Below are positions 36,046 to 45,416 of a stretch of DNA of 64,000 nucleotides, piece by piece. The translations under genes and the position numbers were made by a program. The stretch lies in assembly GCA_016198185.1 (NCBI GenBank), contig JACQJD010000046.1, positions 9,242 through 73,241 of the forward strand. Direction: 5' to 3'. The notes under the pieces are model-generated. The model had not been told where the DNA came from. It saw only the letters and a program-made list of their open reading frames with translations, and made no database searches. How positions within the stretch are numbered: position 1 is the first letter of the stretch; every line of letters starts with the position of its first letter. The DNA comes from Deltaproteobacteria bacterium (GTDB lineage: Bacteria > Bdellovibrionota > JACOXK01 > 2-02-FULL-40-11).

Positions 36046-36576
36046 ATGAATGCGATATTGTTTTATTTGATGAAAGCTAAAGAAGAAAAACGTCCCAAAG
36101 ATATTGCATATTTGGATACCAACGTTATCAGTTTTTATTTTGACACAAGACCTGAAATTCAATGGATGCGTAACGCTACCCGTCAATGGTGGGAAAAAAG
36201 AAAACAGGATTTTTACGTATGCACATCGGAGGCTGTTGTCGGCGAACTGGAAGATGGAGGTTATTTGCATCAGCCAGAAGCCGTTAAGCTCGTAAAATCC
36301 ATTGCAGTTTTGCCAGGAAACGACTCAGTAGACAACATTGCCCAATATTATATTGAGCACTATTTAGCGCCGAAGGAAAATATCCAACGTTTTCGTGGAG
36401 ATGCAATTCATCTGGCAATTTGCGCTTTCTATCATGTCGATTATTTGCTAACATGGAATTTGAAACATTTGGCGAATGTAAATAAATTCAGACAACTTAA
36501 AATTATGAATGCTCGCATGGATTTATCAACGCCAATTATTACAACACCAGCACAACTTTTAGAGGAAACTATATGA
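36046..36576 (+). CDS. PIN-domain (VapC-like) protein
   Basis: 'IAYLDTNVIS', 'CTSEAVVGELE', 'GDAIHLAICAF' and 'LLTWNLKHL' give the conserved acidic quartet layout of PIN nucleases. Confidence 0.6.
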   Translation: MNAILFYLMKAKEEKRPKDIAYLDTNVISFYFDTRPEIQWMRNATRQWWEKRKQDFYVCTSEAVVGELEDGGYLHQPEAVKLVKSIAVLPGNDSVDNIAQYYIEHYLAPKENIQRFRGDAIHLAICAFYHVDYLLTWNLKHLANVNKFRQLKIMNARMDLSTPIITTPAQLLEETI

Positions 36577-36794
36577 AAGCAAAAAAACAAAAATCTCAAC
36601 TAGCAATACGTCAAGGAGAAGACCCCATTGAACATCTGAGACGCGTTAGAGCGGCCATTCTTGAACGATTTGATAATGATGTCTACAAATATGGCGCCTA
36701 TTTAAGAGAGAAAGAAAAAGAACACCAGGATCGGTTGGTGGATGTCGAGAAACTTAGAAAGTTGGGAATTATATCAACCAAGAAAATACCATAA
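36573..36794 (+). CDS. Small conserved partner protein of the PIN module (copy 2)
   Basis: 73 aa; ATGA overlap with the PIN gene; conserved in copy 1. Confidence 0.5.
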   Translation: MKAKKQKSQLAIRQGEDPIEHLRRVRAAILERFDNDVYKYGAYLREKEKEHQDRLVDVEKLRKLGIISTKKIP

Positions 36795-36859
36795 GTTTTT
36801 TTGTGAAAAAACTTCCAGGATAACAAATTATCGCTACCCTGGAAGTCAATGATATTTTT

Positions 36860-37813
36860 TTAATTACCCGACAGCAATTTACCAAAACGACGCCAACGTA
36901 TACCGGTTTCAGAAGATCTGGAAAACCAAATTTGTTTCGCCTTGGCAGTTACATCTCTCAAAGGAACCGTCCCGAAATGCCTTGAATCATGCGCATCATT
37001 CCGATTGTCACCCAAAACGAAAACCTGTCCATCAGGAACAACAACAGAAAAACTTTCTTGTTTCATGTCCTTCTTCCAGAGAACCACATAGCTGGCACTG
37101 TTGCCTCGCTCAAGATAGGCAATGTAATCTTCAAGTAACTTATTCATATCGGGAGCATCTAAAGAGGTCACCTTTTCTCCTCGAATCGATTTTCCATTTA
37201 CAAAGATTTCATCTCTCCTCCCCTCTATCGTATCACCTGGAAGGCCAATGATGCGTTTGATATAGACACTGTTTCGATTGTTTGGATAGACAAAGATCGC
37301 CAGATCTCCTCGCTGAACTTTGTATTTACACCCTGGACAGTTAATACGTTTATCAACAAAAAAATGGTCCCCAGGTAACAGAGCTGGAATCATGCTCTTG
37401 GTCGGAACTTTATACGCCTCTAATAACTGATCCTTACAGTATGAGGTAAACGCACTCAAAACAAAGAAGTACCCAAAGAAAAACAAGGCAACATATACAT
37501 AAGCTTTATTATAGGATTGTACGGCATAGGTATAAGAAAGCATGCGCGCTGATTTAAAAGCATCAACGATTGAAAAAATATAGACTGCAAGGGCCATCAG
37601 AACGCCTAGGAACACGATGGCGGATAAGGCAGAATCTGGCGCATAAAGTCCCAGAAGTATTGACGCAGGAATAAGAAAAGAAAACATGAGAAAAAATGGC
37701 ACTCCTTTCATAAGCTGTCCAGTATAGACATGCCCTAATCCAGGCATGATCATGCCTAATACCAATGCTAGCCATGGCTTCCTCGGTTTGTTTTGTTTTA
37801 TTGATTGATTCAT
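36860..37813 (-). CDS. lepB: Signal peptidase I with an N-terminal multi-TM extension
   Basis: S26 motifs 'RGDLAIFVYP', 'IKRIIGLPGDTI' and 'VFVLGDNRNDAHDSRHFG'. Start taken at MNQSIK, which has a perfect aaggag RBS. Confidence 0.75.
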   Translation of the reverse strand: MNQSIKQNKPRKPWLALVLGMIMPGLGHVYTGQLMKGVPFFLMFSFLIPASILLGLYAPDSALSAIVFLGVLMALAVYIFSIVDAFKSARMLSYTYAVQSYNKAYVYVALFFFGYFFVLSAFTSYCKDQLLEAYKVPTKSMIPALLPGDHFFVDKRINCPGCKYKVQRGDLAIFVYPNNRNSVYIKRIIGLPGDTIEGRRDEIFVNGKSIRGEKVTSLDAPDMNKLLEDYIAYLERGNSASYVVLWKKDMKQESFSVVVPDGQVFVLGDNRNDAHDSRHFGTVPLRDVTAKAKQIWFSRSSETGIRWRRFGKLLSGN

Positions 37814-37883
37814 TTTAAGTCTCCTTTCAAGAGTTTGTTGTTCATATAGAAATACAACTCGGGAGAGCAATAGGTTCCCACAC

Positions 37884-38264
37884 TTATGCAATCGATGGGA
37901 TCACTATAGACAAGACAAACCGATACACGTTTCCAAGCGCAAACATAAGACTTGCAGTTACAAACCCGACTTGCATAGCAGGCACCTGAAATAGCTTAGT
38001 GAATATGGTCTGAATTCCTATGAACCTACTTTTTTCATGTAATTCATTCGGATCGTTGATTTTATGCATGATTCGATCCACAAAATTACTCGGAACTTTC
38101 TGATCCAAGCTTTCTAATAACGAATTCAGTTCAGAAAATTCGGAGGCAATGGCATTACAAGACTGACATGAAAGAATATGCAATTGATGAGCCCTACTCA
38201 GTTTTTTATTCCATGCAATCTCTTCCTGTACCAAATTACAATCGAATAATAAATTTTCTTTCAT
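37884..38264 (-). CDS. Zinc-finger anti-sigma factor (ZAS-like) with a C-terminal TM segment
   Basis: 'HQLHILSCQSC' H-x3-C-x2-C motif; a 4-bp overlap with lepB downstream and with the sigma gene upstream. Confidence 0.55.
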   Translation of the reverse strand: MKENLLFDCNLVQEEIAWNKKLSRAHQLHILSCQSCNAIASEFSELNSLLESLDQKVPSNFVDRIMHKINDPNELHEKSRFIGIQTIFTKLFQVPAMQVGFVTASLMFALGNVYRFVLSIVIPSIA

Positions 38265-38815
38265 ATAACCCCCTCAGTTATAAGTTTTTTTCTAAGAAGA
38301 TTTTTTCCGCGAAAAATTCGAGATTTCATTGTGCCAATAGCAACATTTTCTATTGCAGCCGCGTCTTCGAGCTCTAGCTCATCAATACAGCATAAATGAA
38401 TCGCATTTTGAAAGACTAAGGGAAGCACTGCTATCGCTTCTCGAAGTCTTTGCACTTTTTCCTTTTTTGAAATTTGATCTCCGAGACTTACAGCTTCAGA
38501 TACAGCAACAACCTGCTCAAGCCGTTCCATCGGCTGCTCATTTGTCCGATATTTTCTTTTTACTTCGTTTAGGGCTAAGTGCTTTGCAATAATAAATAGC
38601 CATGATGAAAATGAACCCTTGTTCGAATCAAAACTTGCAATTGAATGATAGCACTTCAAAAAAGCCTCCTGCGCTAAGTCTTCAATGTTTTGCGGAGGGA
38701 ATCCAAAACCAGATAGGAACTTAAATAACGGCCTCTGATAACGCAAAATAAGAAACCGATACGCATTTTTGTTTCCCTGCTTTACTTGTTCAACCAGAAA
38801 TAGATCATCCATCAT
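38261..38815 (-). CDS. ECF-family RNA polymerase sigma factor
   Basis: Sigma-70 region 2 ('DLAQEAFLKCY') and region 4 ('ELEDAAAIENVAIGTMKSRIFRGKNLLRKKL'). Confidence 0.75.
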   Translation of the reverse strand: MMDDLFLVEQVKQGNKNAYRFLILRYQRPLFKFLSGFGFPPQNIEDLAQEAFLKCYHSIASFDSNKGSFSSWLFIIAKHLALNEVKRKYRTNEQPMERLEQVVAVSEAVSLGDQISKKEKVQRLREAIAVLPLVFQNAIHLCCIDELELEDAAAIENVAIGTMKSRIFRGKNLLRKKLITEGVI

Positions 38816-38987
38816 AAGATACCTGTAGTATCGTCTTACTTAGAAATACAACTGAAAATGGAATAGGTTCCCACGAAGTTCTAGTCTCGTCCGCATATCC
38901 CGACCGTGCGCTAGACGAACACCAAAAAAACCTAATATTTTCGCGGGAAAATTGTCACAGCGGAGGTCAAAAGTTCGTGAAAAAATG

Positions 38988-39064
38988 TGGCGGGACCGAC
39001 GAGACTCGAACTCGCGACCTCCTGCGTGACAGGCAGGCGTTCTAACCAACTGAACTACGGTCCC
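38988..39064 (-). tRNA. tRNA-Asp (GTC)
   Basis: The reverse complement GGGACCGTAGTTCAGTTGGTTAGAACGCCTGCCTGTCACGCAGGAGGTCGCGAGTTCGAGTCTCGTCGGTCCCGCCA folds as a cloverleaf, with anticodon loop CTGTCAC and an encoded CCA. Confidence 0.9.
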
Positions 39065-39127
39065 ACTTCCATTTAAGGCCCTCGCTCAGTTGGTTAGCAC
39101 TCATTATATCGGGCGCCTTCGCGCCCT

Positions 39128-39150
39128 TTGGCCAACTGAACTACGGTCCC
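39128..39150 (-). other. Partial duplicate of the tRNA-Asp 5' end (acceptor plus D-arm, about 22 nt)
   Basis: ccaactgaactacggtcccac is repeated 64 bp upstream of the intact gene. A GC hairpin (gggcgccttcgcgccc) and a D-arm-like 'gctcagttggttagcac' lie on the opposite strand in between. Confidence 0.5.
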
Positions 39151-39221
39151 ACTTAAATAAAAAATGTTTATAAATCAAACTGGGCAATAAAAACAAGCCT
39201 ATTTGTACCTTCGGAGCTGTT

Positions 39222-40328
39222 TTAACAACCCTTCGTTTTGAAAATGAAGTCTTCGGTCATTTGATAAGCAATATCATCTGGAAACTGCCTTGGAGGATGT
39301 TTCATAAAATAAGCGCTCGGCCCCTCTAACACACCCGCTTCCCCTCGCATCAAGGCAAGCTTACAACACCGAATCGCATCAATCACCACCCCCGCTGAAT
39401 TCGGAGAATCTTCAACAGACAAACGAAGTTCCAAATTCATGGGCACGTCTCCAAACAACCGCCCTTCCATCCGAATGAACGCAATTTTATTATCATTTTG
39501 CCAAGGAACATAATCGCTGGGCCCAACATGAATATTTTCATCCACCAAACGCTCCACCGCAATGGATTGCACCGCTTCTGTTTTTGATTTTTTCTTCGAA
39601 GAAAGTCTCGCGCGATTGAGCATATTCAAAAAATCTGTATTGCCCCCGGTATTTAACTGATACGTGCGATCCAACTTAACCCCTCGCTTCTGAAACAAAT
39701 TAACAAGAGTCCGATGGGTGATGGTTGCCCCACACTGCGCTTTAATGTCATCGCCCACAATTGGTAATCCTCGTTCTTTAAATTTCATTGCCCATTCTGG
39801 AGAACTCGCAATAAAAACCGGCATATTATTAATAAACCCCACATTCGCTTCCAAAGCACATGTTGCATAAAATCGGGTGGCCTGTTCTGACCCTACCGGT
39901 AAATAATTTAATAAAATTTCCGCCCGAGATGATTTTAAAATTTGGACAACTTCTTCTTGGCAAGATTGTTTCGCTGCACTTACCACAAAACTTCGATCCA
40001 CCGAATAGTCTTTCATATGCTCAGAAACCCCATCCAATATCTTTCCCATTCGAACGGGAACCTTCATCCAAGGGATATCTTTGCAAAAAACAGCCGTACA
40101 ATTGGGGGGGGCAAAAATAGCTTGTGAAACATCTTTTCCGATTTTGCGATCATCCACATCAAAGGCCGCAACCACTTCAATATCGCAGGCTCGAAAGTCA
40201 CCCATGACCGGATGCATCAGTCCAATGACCTCACGCCCTGAACCTTGAGAATAATAATAAATTCCTTGGATAAGCGAACTGGCACAATTTCCAACACCTA
40301 TAATGGCAATTCTTATTTTTTCCATCAT
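39222..40328 (-). CDS. myo-Inositol-1-phosphate synthase (bacterial/archaeal type)
   Basis: 'IRIAIIGVGNCASSLIQGIYYY' N-terminal NAD-binding signature; about 365 aa, typical of prokaryotic MIPS. Confidence 0.7.
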   Translation of the reverse strand: MMEKIRIAIIGVGNCASSLIQGIYYYSQGSGREVIGLMHPVMGDFRACDIEVVAAFDVDDRKIGKDVSQAIFAPPNCTAVFCKDIPWMKVPVRMGKILDGVSEHMKDYSVDRSFVVSAAKQSCQEEVVQILKSSRAEILLNYLPVGSEQATRFYATCALEANVGFINNMPVFIASSPEWAMKFKERGLPIVGDDIKAQCGATITHRTLVNLFQKRGVKLDRTYQLNTGGNTDFLNMLNRARLSSKKKSKTEAVQSIAVERLVDENIHVGPSDYVPWQNDNKIAFIRMEGRLFGDVPMNLELRLSVEDSPNSAGVVIDAIRCCKLALMRGEAGVLEGPSAYFMKHPPRQFPDDIAYQMTEDFIFKTKGC

Positions 40329-40556
40329 CTACACCCAAATAGCAGTAAACATTTAATAAAAAATAGACTACTTAAGATTTTTGGCAGGCGCAACGAATTT
40401 AATCCACCGCTCAACCTCAATATTTTCATTAAATTTTAATTGTTTCAAAAAAATCTTAAAAATTGAAAGAAAAGGGCTTCCATCTTAAAAATCTGCTGTT
40501 ATACTGATGATAGAACGTTTGTTGTGAAATAATTCAGAAAATATCAAGGAAGGTTT

Positions 40557-41180
40557 ATGGCGGTTGTTCAATGTAAAAAATTATTACTCATGGGGGGTAT
40601 TCTGTGCATAGGACTTTTAACGTTTAGGTGTGCACCCCCGGCTGCAAAAAACGAAACCCCGTTTACAACAACCTCAGAAAATCCAACAACCGATAATACC
40701 ACCACACCCACCCCCACCCCCCAAGCAACACCCCTAAGCGCACATGTTGAAATCTGTGTCGACCAATCTGGAAGTGCCCCTGCTGGATCACAATTGGTTG
40801 TTTATTTAGAGGTCGCTCTACCACAACAAGATTTTCCGAATCTCATCGCTCAGCCAAATTCAACAACAGCTCAAACAAGTATCAATAGCATGCAATTTGC
40901 GTTTGCAATGAATCACTTCAACCCCAGACCCGGATACAAGGAAGAATATTATTTAAGCTTTTTGAAAGACGATACAACGCTGGCGTTCTATAAGCTGAAC
41001 GAAGGCCAATCCGTTGACCTTCGCATGAACAAAATTGAAATATCAGTCGGCAGCGCAAAACTCATTACAACTGGCGCACTCCCAACCTATCGACTCTTGG
41101 CACCTCTAACCCCGTGCCTTCAATCCAATGGGGATAAAGATGTGGCTCGATTTATAAAACAAGATATCACTCTTCAGTAA
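40557..41180 (+). CDS. Hypothetical lipoprotein/secreted protein with a Thr/Pro-rich linker
   Basis: Signal ...LLTFRCAPPAAKNETPFTTTSENPTTDNTTTPTPTP. The CAPPxAK N-terminus is shared with 46704..48017. Confidence 0.45.
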   Translation: MAVVQCKKLLLMGGILCIGLLTFRCAPPAAKNETPFTTTSENPTTDNTTTPTPTPQATPLSAHVEICVDQSGSAPAGSQLVVYLEVALPQQDFPNLIAQPNSTTAQTSINSMQFAFAMNHFNPRPGYKEEYYLSFLKDDTTLAFYKLNEGQSVDLRMNKIEISVGSAKLITTGALPTYRLLAPLTPCLQSNGDKDVARFIKQDITLQ

Positions 41181-42756
41181 GACTGTCCCTGGAACGGTTG
41201 TGATCCATCCATGAACCGATGCCAATCGGCAGTGCAATATGATGACCAAACTCCCAAAAAGCCCAACAAGGCATAATAAACATCGCTTTCAGTTTATTTT
41301 GCTGTGCCCACACAAAAAGATGAGACAATCCTGCATCTGCCGCTCCTTCGGTGAGCGTTGCAAATCCATATCGTTCCAGAACCTGCAAAGCCTTGGGACT
41401 TCCCTGGGATAATACCCTCAATGACATTCCTAAAGCGGTTTGGCTCTGCGAAAGCCGCAAAAGCCAAGGCTGCACCTCCAGCATATATTTTAACCCACGG
41501 CTCCCATGACTTAAAACTTGAGCACTTTTGAGACAAACCCAAGGCCCCATAAAAAAAGTAGCATAAATAAATAAATTAAGCTGCCCCGTCACAGAAATAC
41601 CCGGCTCCACAAAGTCTATTGGAAACTCAAGCCCTAACGTACTCAAAGAAGGCCAAGATCGATACCGTCCTTTCTGCATACGATCTTTATAAATTTTATC
41701 TTTATGTAAAATTTCTACAAAACGTGAATTCAAAAATCGATCCAACACCTGAGGATATTCTCTTTGAAAGGTCAAAAAAGAATTCATCATTCGCACCAGA
41801 GAACCCTCTGTCTTGCGTTCATCGATCACAGATTGCCATTCACTGCTGTTTCTAGCCAAATGCGTTAATTCTTCGAATGAAAATCCTCCCACCGTCATAA
41901 AATAAATAAAATATCGAATCAAAAAACGATATCCCACCAATATCTGCTCTTGATCTGCCCAGGCAGTTTGTAATTTTTTTGCTCCACCAAAAAAGACACG
42001 ATAATAATTCGTCGTATTCAAAACAAATTGATAGATATCTTGAAGCCTTGAATATGCGAAAGAGGTGTCACCCCCAACCCCTTCCATGTCCAAATATCGC
42101 CATACCCCCGCTTCATCATAAGCTTTCAAATAGGGTTTTAAAATCAGCTCGTCTATGGCTGCCAACATAAACACCTGTGAAATCTGATTGATGAGAGAAT
42201 CTTTCCGGCCTGAAAACATCAAAGCCTGGGTTAAATGATACTTTTCGAATGCCACGTCGGAATCGCTCAAGGCCAAATACAAATGAAGTTTTGATCGAAT
42301 GGGATGACTGCTTACAGAAGCAATCGATCGAAAAACACATTCTCGGTGGCCCGCAACCATACAAGCACGTGCAAGATTATCATAGAACGAAGATGTTTTT
42401 TCAGGTTGGCGTTCCATGGCGTATAGATCCTGATAAATGCCAGGTATCCGATCCCAATGATCCCCCGAAAAGATTTCTGGTGCATGACGAACGAGATGGT
42501 ACAGTCGTACCCATTCAATGACTTGCGGCTGTTCGTTCTGAGGTCCAGAAATTTTATAATCTGTCAAAATAGAAAATTCAAAATGCTGATCTCTGACGGA
42601 TAAAAAATACTTTTTTTGAGATTCATCTATGCCAAAAGCAAGCCACTCTTCGGCAAACCCCATTTGCGAATAGGACACAACCACACCCCCTATTCCAAAA
42701 ACAATGCTCAGAAAGATGAGAACTGGCTTTATTATGAAATTGATAGTTAATTTCAA
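41167..42756 (-). CDS. Hypothetical protein with an N-terminal TM/signal
   Basis: 529 aa, no recognised motif. Confidence 0.4.
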   Translation of the reverse strand: MKLTINFIIKPVLIFLSIVFGIGGVVVSYSQMGFAEEWLAFGIDESQKKYFLSVRDQHFEFSILTDYKISGPQNEQPQVIEWVRLYHLVRHAPEIFSGDHWDRIPGIYQDLYAMERQPEKTSSFYDNLARACMVAGHRECVFRSIASVSSHPIRSKLHLYLALSDSDVAFEKYHLTQALMFSGRKDSLINQISQVFMLAAIDELILKPYLKAYDEAGVWRYLDMEGVGGDTSFAYSRLQDIYQFVLNTTNYYRVFFGGAKKLQTAWADQEQILVGYRFLIRYFIYFMTVGGFSFEELTHLARNSSEWQSVIDERKTEGSLVRMMNSFLTFQREYPQVLDRFLNSRFVEILHKDKIYKDRMQKGRYRSWPSLSTLGLEFPIDFVEPGISVTGQLNLFIYATFFMGPWVCLKSAQVLSHGSRGLKYMLEVQPWLLRLSQSQTALGMSLRVLSQGSPKALQVLERYGFATLTEGAADAGLSHLFVWAQQNKLKAMFIMPCWAFWEFGHHIALPIGIGSWMDHNRSRDSLTEE

Positions 42757-42802
42757 TAGGGGTCAAACTTACTTGTTTTGACTTCGAGATGTCAAGGAAG
42801 AT

Positions 42803-43453
42803 TCACTTTTCACAGACGTTCAGTGTTGATACAAAAGGCGCCACATGAAAATCGGTGATGACAACACCACGAATCATTGAAATTCTTTTCCATTCCCAAA
42901 AATTGGGTTCATGTACATAAAACGTCCGCAAGCGGATGGTCAGTGGGAGTTTTGTTTGAGCGGTGTAGAAATCTGAAAGTTGATTGAGGGAGTCTACATC
43001 TTCGCGAGAGGGGTAGAACTCATGAAGAATTTCAATACCGTTCCATTTATTTTTTAAAAGGATTTCGACAATCTCAAAAATATCTTCTTTACGCTGGGGG
43101 GCTCCATACCTTAAGAAAAAATTTTGGCGATAGGCATCCATTTCTTCTTCTGCATGAATATTGTGAACCACGCGTTGAACCGCTGTGATGACAACACTAT
43201 TTTCATGCCCCAAAAGACGTCCTAACGTTGTAAGCACTCTCTCTCTTTCTTCTTTGCCTTGGTCCGCCAGACAGGCCAATTTCATCGCTGCCACATAACG
43301 GGCTCTACGTCCTCGCGGTCCTATCTTCGTCATGTCCCAATCCAATTGTTGAATAACGGCCTCGACGTCCGAAGGGATAGCCGCATGGCTTTTTAAGACC
43401 CAGAACACAAAGAAAAAACAAATACTCAGTAAAATCGCAATTGAGGATTTCAC
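42803..43453 (-). CDS. Hypothetical secreted protein
   Basis: Signal peptide MKSSIAILLSICFFFVFWVLKSHA. Confidence 0.4.
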   Translation of the reverse strand: MKSSIAILLSICFFFVFWVLKSHAAIPSDVEAVIQQLDWDMTKIGPRGRRARYVAAMKLACLADQGKEERERVLTTLGRLLGHENSVVITAVQRVVHNIHAEEEMDAYRQNFFLRYGAPQRKEDIFEIVEILLKNKWNGIEILHEFYPSREDVDSLNQLSDFYTAQTKLPLTIRLRTFYVHEPNFWEWKRISMIRGVVITDFHVAPFVSTLNVCEK

Positions 43454-43508
43454 AACAACACCTTAATCAAAACCCTAGCACGAACTTTTTTTAAAATACA
43501 ATCTTTTT

Positions 43509-45416
43509 TTAATCTCCAGGTCGTGCACTCGTTCTGAACTTCGGCAATGGAACATAGGAATTCATATCTACCGGAGAAAGGGGTTCTCTCACCAAACGAA
43601 AACCTTGATCAGAATCTCTCTTAAGCGGATTACGGGGCCTGCGGTGATGGACAGCGCATTGCTCGGCACTTTCCAAATAACTGCCCCCTCTCGTTATCCG
43701 TGACATCAATGAATCGGAAGTTTCATGGCAAGGGTTCATCGCATAATCTGTTGTATACGCAATTTCATGATCTTGGCACCATTCTGAAACATTGCCATGA
43801 ACATCAAACAATCCAAATCCATTCGGTTTTAAATTCTTTACTGGGTGCGTATGACATTCATACCGGGCGGCCATACCTTCAGAACGATACCAAGTGTAAT
43901 CAGGCAATAATTCTGGATCATCCCCGTAGGCGTACACTTTTTCTTCCAACCCACCTCGAGAAAAATATTCCCATTCTGCTTCTGTCGGCAATCGATAGCG
44001 ATACCATTTTTGAAATTCATTGACCAGTGCGATAAACCGATCCACCACCTCAAACCAAGAAACGGTCTCTGCTGGATATTCTGAACAAATTTGAAACATA
44101 GGATCATACTCCTCGTGACATTGGTTTTCTTGTTTAAAATAAAAAGGGCGCTCTCCCAACACCAAAAACCATTGAAGCTGCGTTGCTTCTGAACGTTGGA
44201 CTTCAATCGGACTCACAATGGTCACGCGATGAACAGGTACAGCCTTCAAAGCATGAGACGCATTCCCCATCAAAAATGACCCACAAGGAATTTTAATAAA
44301 GTCCTCGGAAAACACCAGGTCGTTGAGATCTTTTAACTGCCATGTGGCTTTTAATTCTTTCGTCATTCGTTTTTTTTCTAATACATTCCCAAAAAGATCA
44401 AACACCAGTACAGCGTCTTCCCCCACACCTGGCACCAGCACAATTTTATCTACAATACGCACGAGTTGCGGGCCATAGATAGGAGATGAAAAAACATGGG
44501 GTAATAATTTAAGATCGTAAATCTTTTTTTGGACTTTTCGACTTGAAACATTGCTCTCCCCTTCATGGGTTTGCGCAAAAGAAATTTGAAGCTCATAGTC
44601 TGTTTTCCACAAACCATCTTGTTTTGGAATCAAACGATAAGAAGTGCCATCTGAAAGTGTAAGCCCCTCTTTGGCGGAAACACTTTTTTGCTCAAAAAAA
44701 TGAATCCCATGGCCCCCCTCAATCCAACGCATTTTTCTTTCAACTTCTGGCGAAGGACTCCAAGAATAATCTCGGACCAGTCGATACAATCCATAGGCTT
44801 GCAGAAAATAACCTTGGGTAACAAAATCATTTGCAATTTTTTGAATCCAAAAAGCCCCCTCTTGCGTGGCAAGATACGGAAAAAGTTCCCAAATCAATCC
44901 CATAAAAAACCAAGGCGCATAAGAATTTAAAGAGTCTTTACGCGCCGTTCTGTAAAATTCATTAAATTTATAATGGAGAGACCGCATTTCATCTAAAAGG
45001 AATTTAGAAAAAGCTTGCCCTTCCGATGTTGGTTGGCCCAAAAAAGTTTGCTGCAATATTTTCATGCCATGCCAAGCTTTGATACGAGCAGACTCCTCAT
45101 CGTTAGAAAAAATATTCACAAGTTCTTCGGGTACTTGACGCTCAATGTCGATATAGAGCCGCCATGCATGAACTGGATCTGTCTGTGAAAATTTTTCGGC
45201 CTCTCGAAAAAGACCTTTGACATAATCACAGATAGCCCCTCCCTGCTGTGTTCGCACCTGACGCACCTCTTGCCAGCCCTGTTCAATCACATGATGTGGG
45301 GCAGCACCTATGACATTCCACTTAAAAAAGGAGAGAAACAGAATAAACATAAGACCTGTTTTTTTCATGAGCATTCCCTTCTGTTTACAAACTTTCAAAA
45401 AGTGGCAGCACGCCAT
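43509..45416 (-). CDS. Formylglycine-generating-enzyme (SUMF1/EgtB/PvdO) family protein, secreted
   Basis: The C-terminal domain carries 'FGLFDVHGNVSEWCQD' and 'RITRGGSYLESAEQCAVHHR', which are FGE-sulfatase fold motifs. The N-terminal roughly 350 aa are unknown. Confidence 0.6.
   Translation of the reverse strand: MACCHFLKVCKQKGMLMKKTGLMFILFLSFFKWNVIGAAPHHVIEQGWQEVRQVRTQQGGAICDYVKGLFREAEKFSQTDPVHAWRLYIDIERQVPEELVNIFSNDEESARIKAWHGMKILQQTFLGQPTSEGQAFSKFLLDEMRSLHYKFNEFYRTARKDSLNSYAPWFFMGLIWELFPYLATQEGAFWIQKIANDFVTQGYFLQAYGLYRLVRDYSWSPSPEVERKMRWIEGGHGIHFFEQKSVSAKEGLTLSDGTSYRLIPKQDGLWKTDYELQISFAQTHEGESNVSSRKVQKKIYDLKLLPHVFSSPIYGPQLVRIVDKIVLVPGVGEDAVLVFDLFGNVLEKKRMTKELKATWQLKDLNDLVFSEDFIKIPCGSFLMGNASHALKAVPVHRVTIVSPIEVQRSEATQLQWFLVLGERPFYFKQENQCHEEYDPMFQICSEYPAETVSWFEVVDRFIALVNEFQKWYRYRLPTEAEWEYFSRGGLEEKVYAYGDDPELLPDYTWYRSEGMAARYECHTHPVKNLKPNGFGLFDVHGNVSEWCQDHEIAYTTDYAMNPCHETSDSLMSRITRGGSYLESAEQCAVHHRRPRNPLKRDSDQGFRLVREPLSPVDMNSYVPLPKFRTSARPGD

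Noticed and set aside
38840-39049. 69-aa ORF on the minus strand
   Set aside because: It overlaps the tRNA-Asp gene and is spurious.
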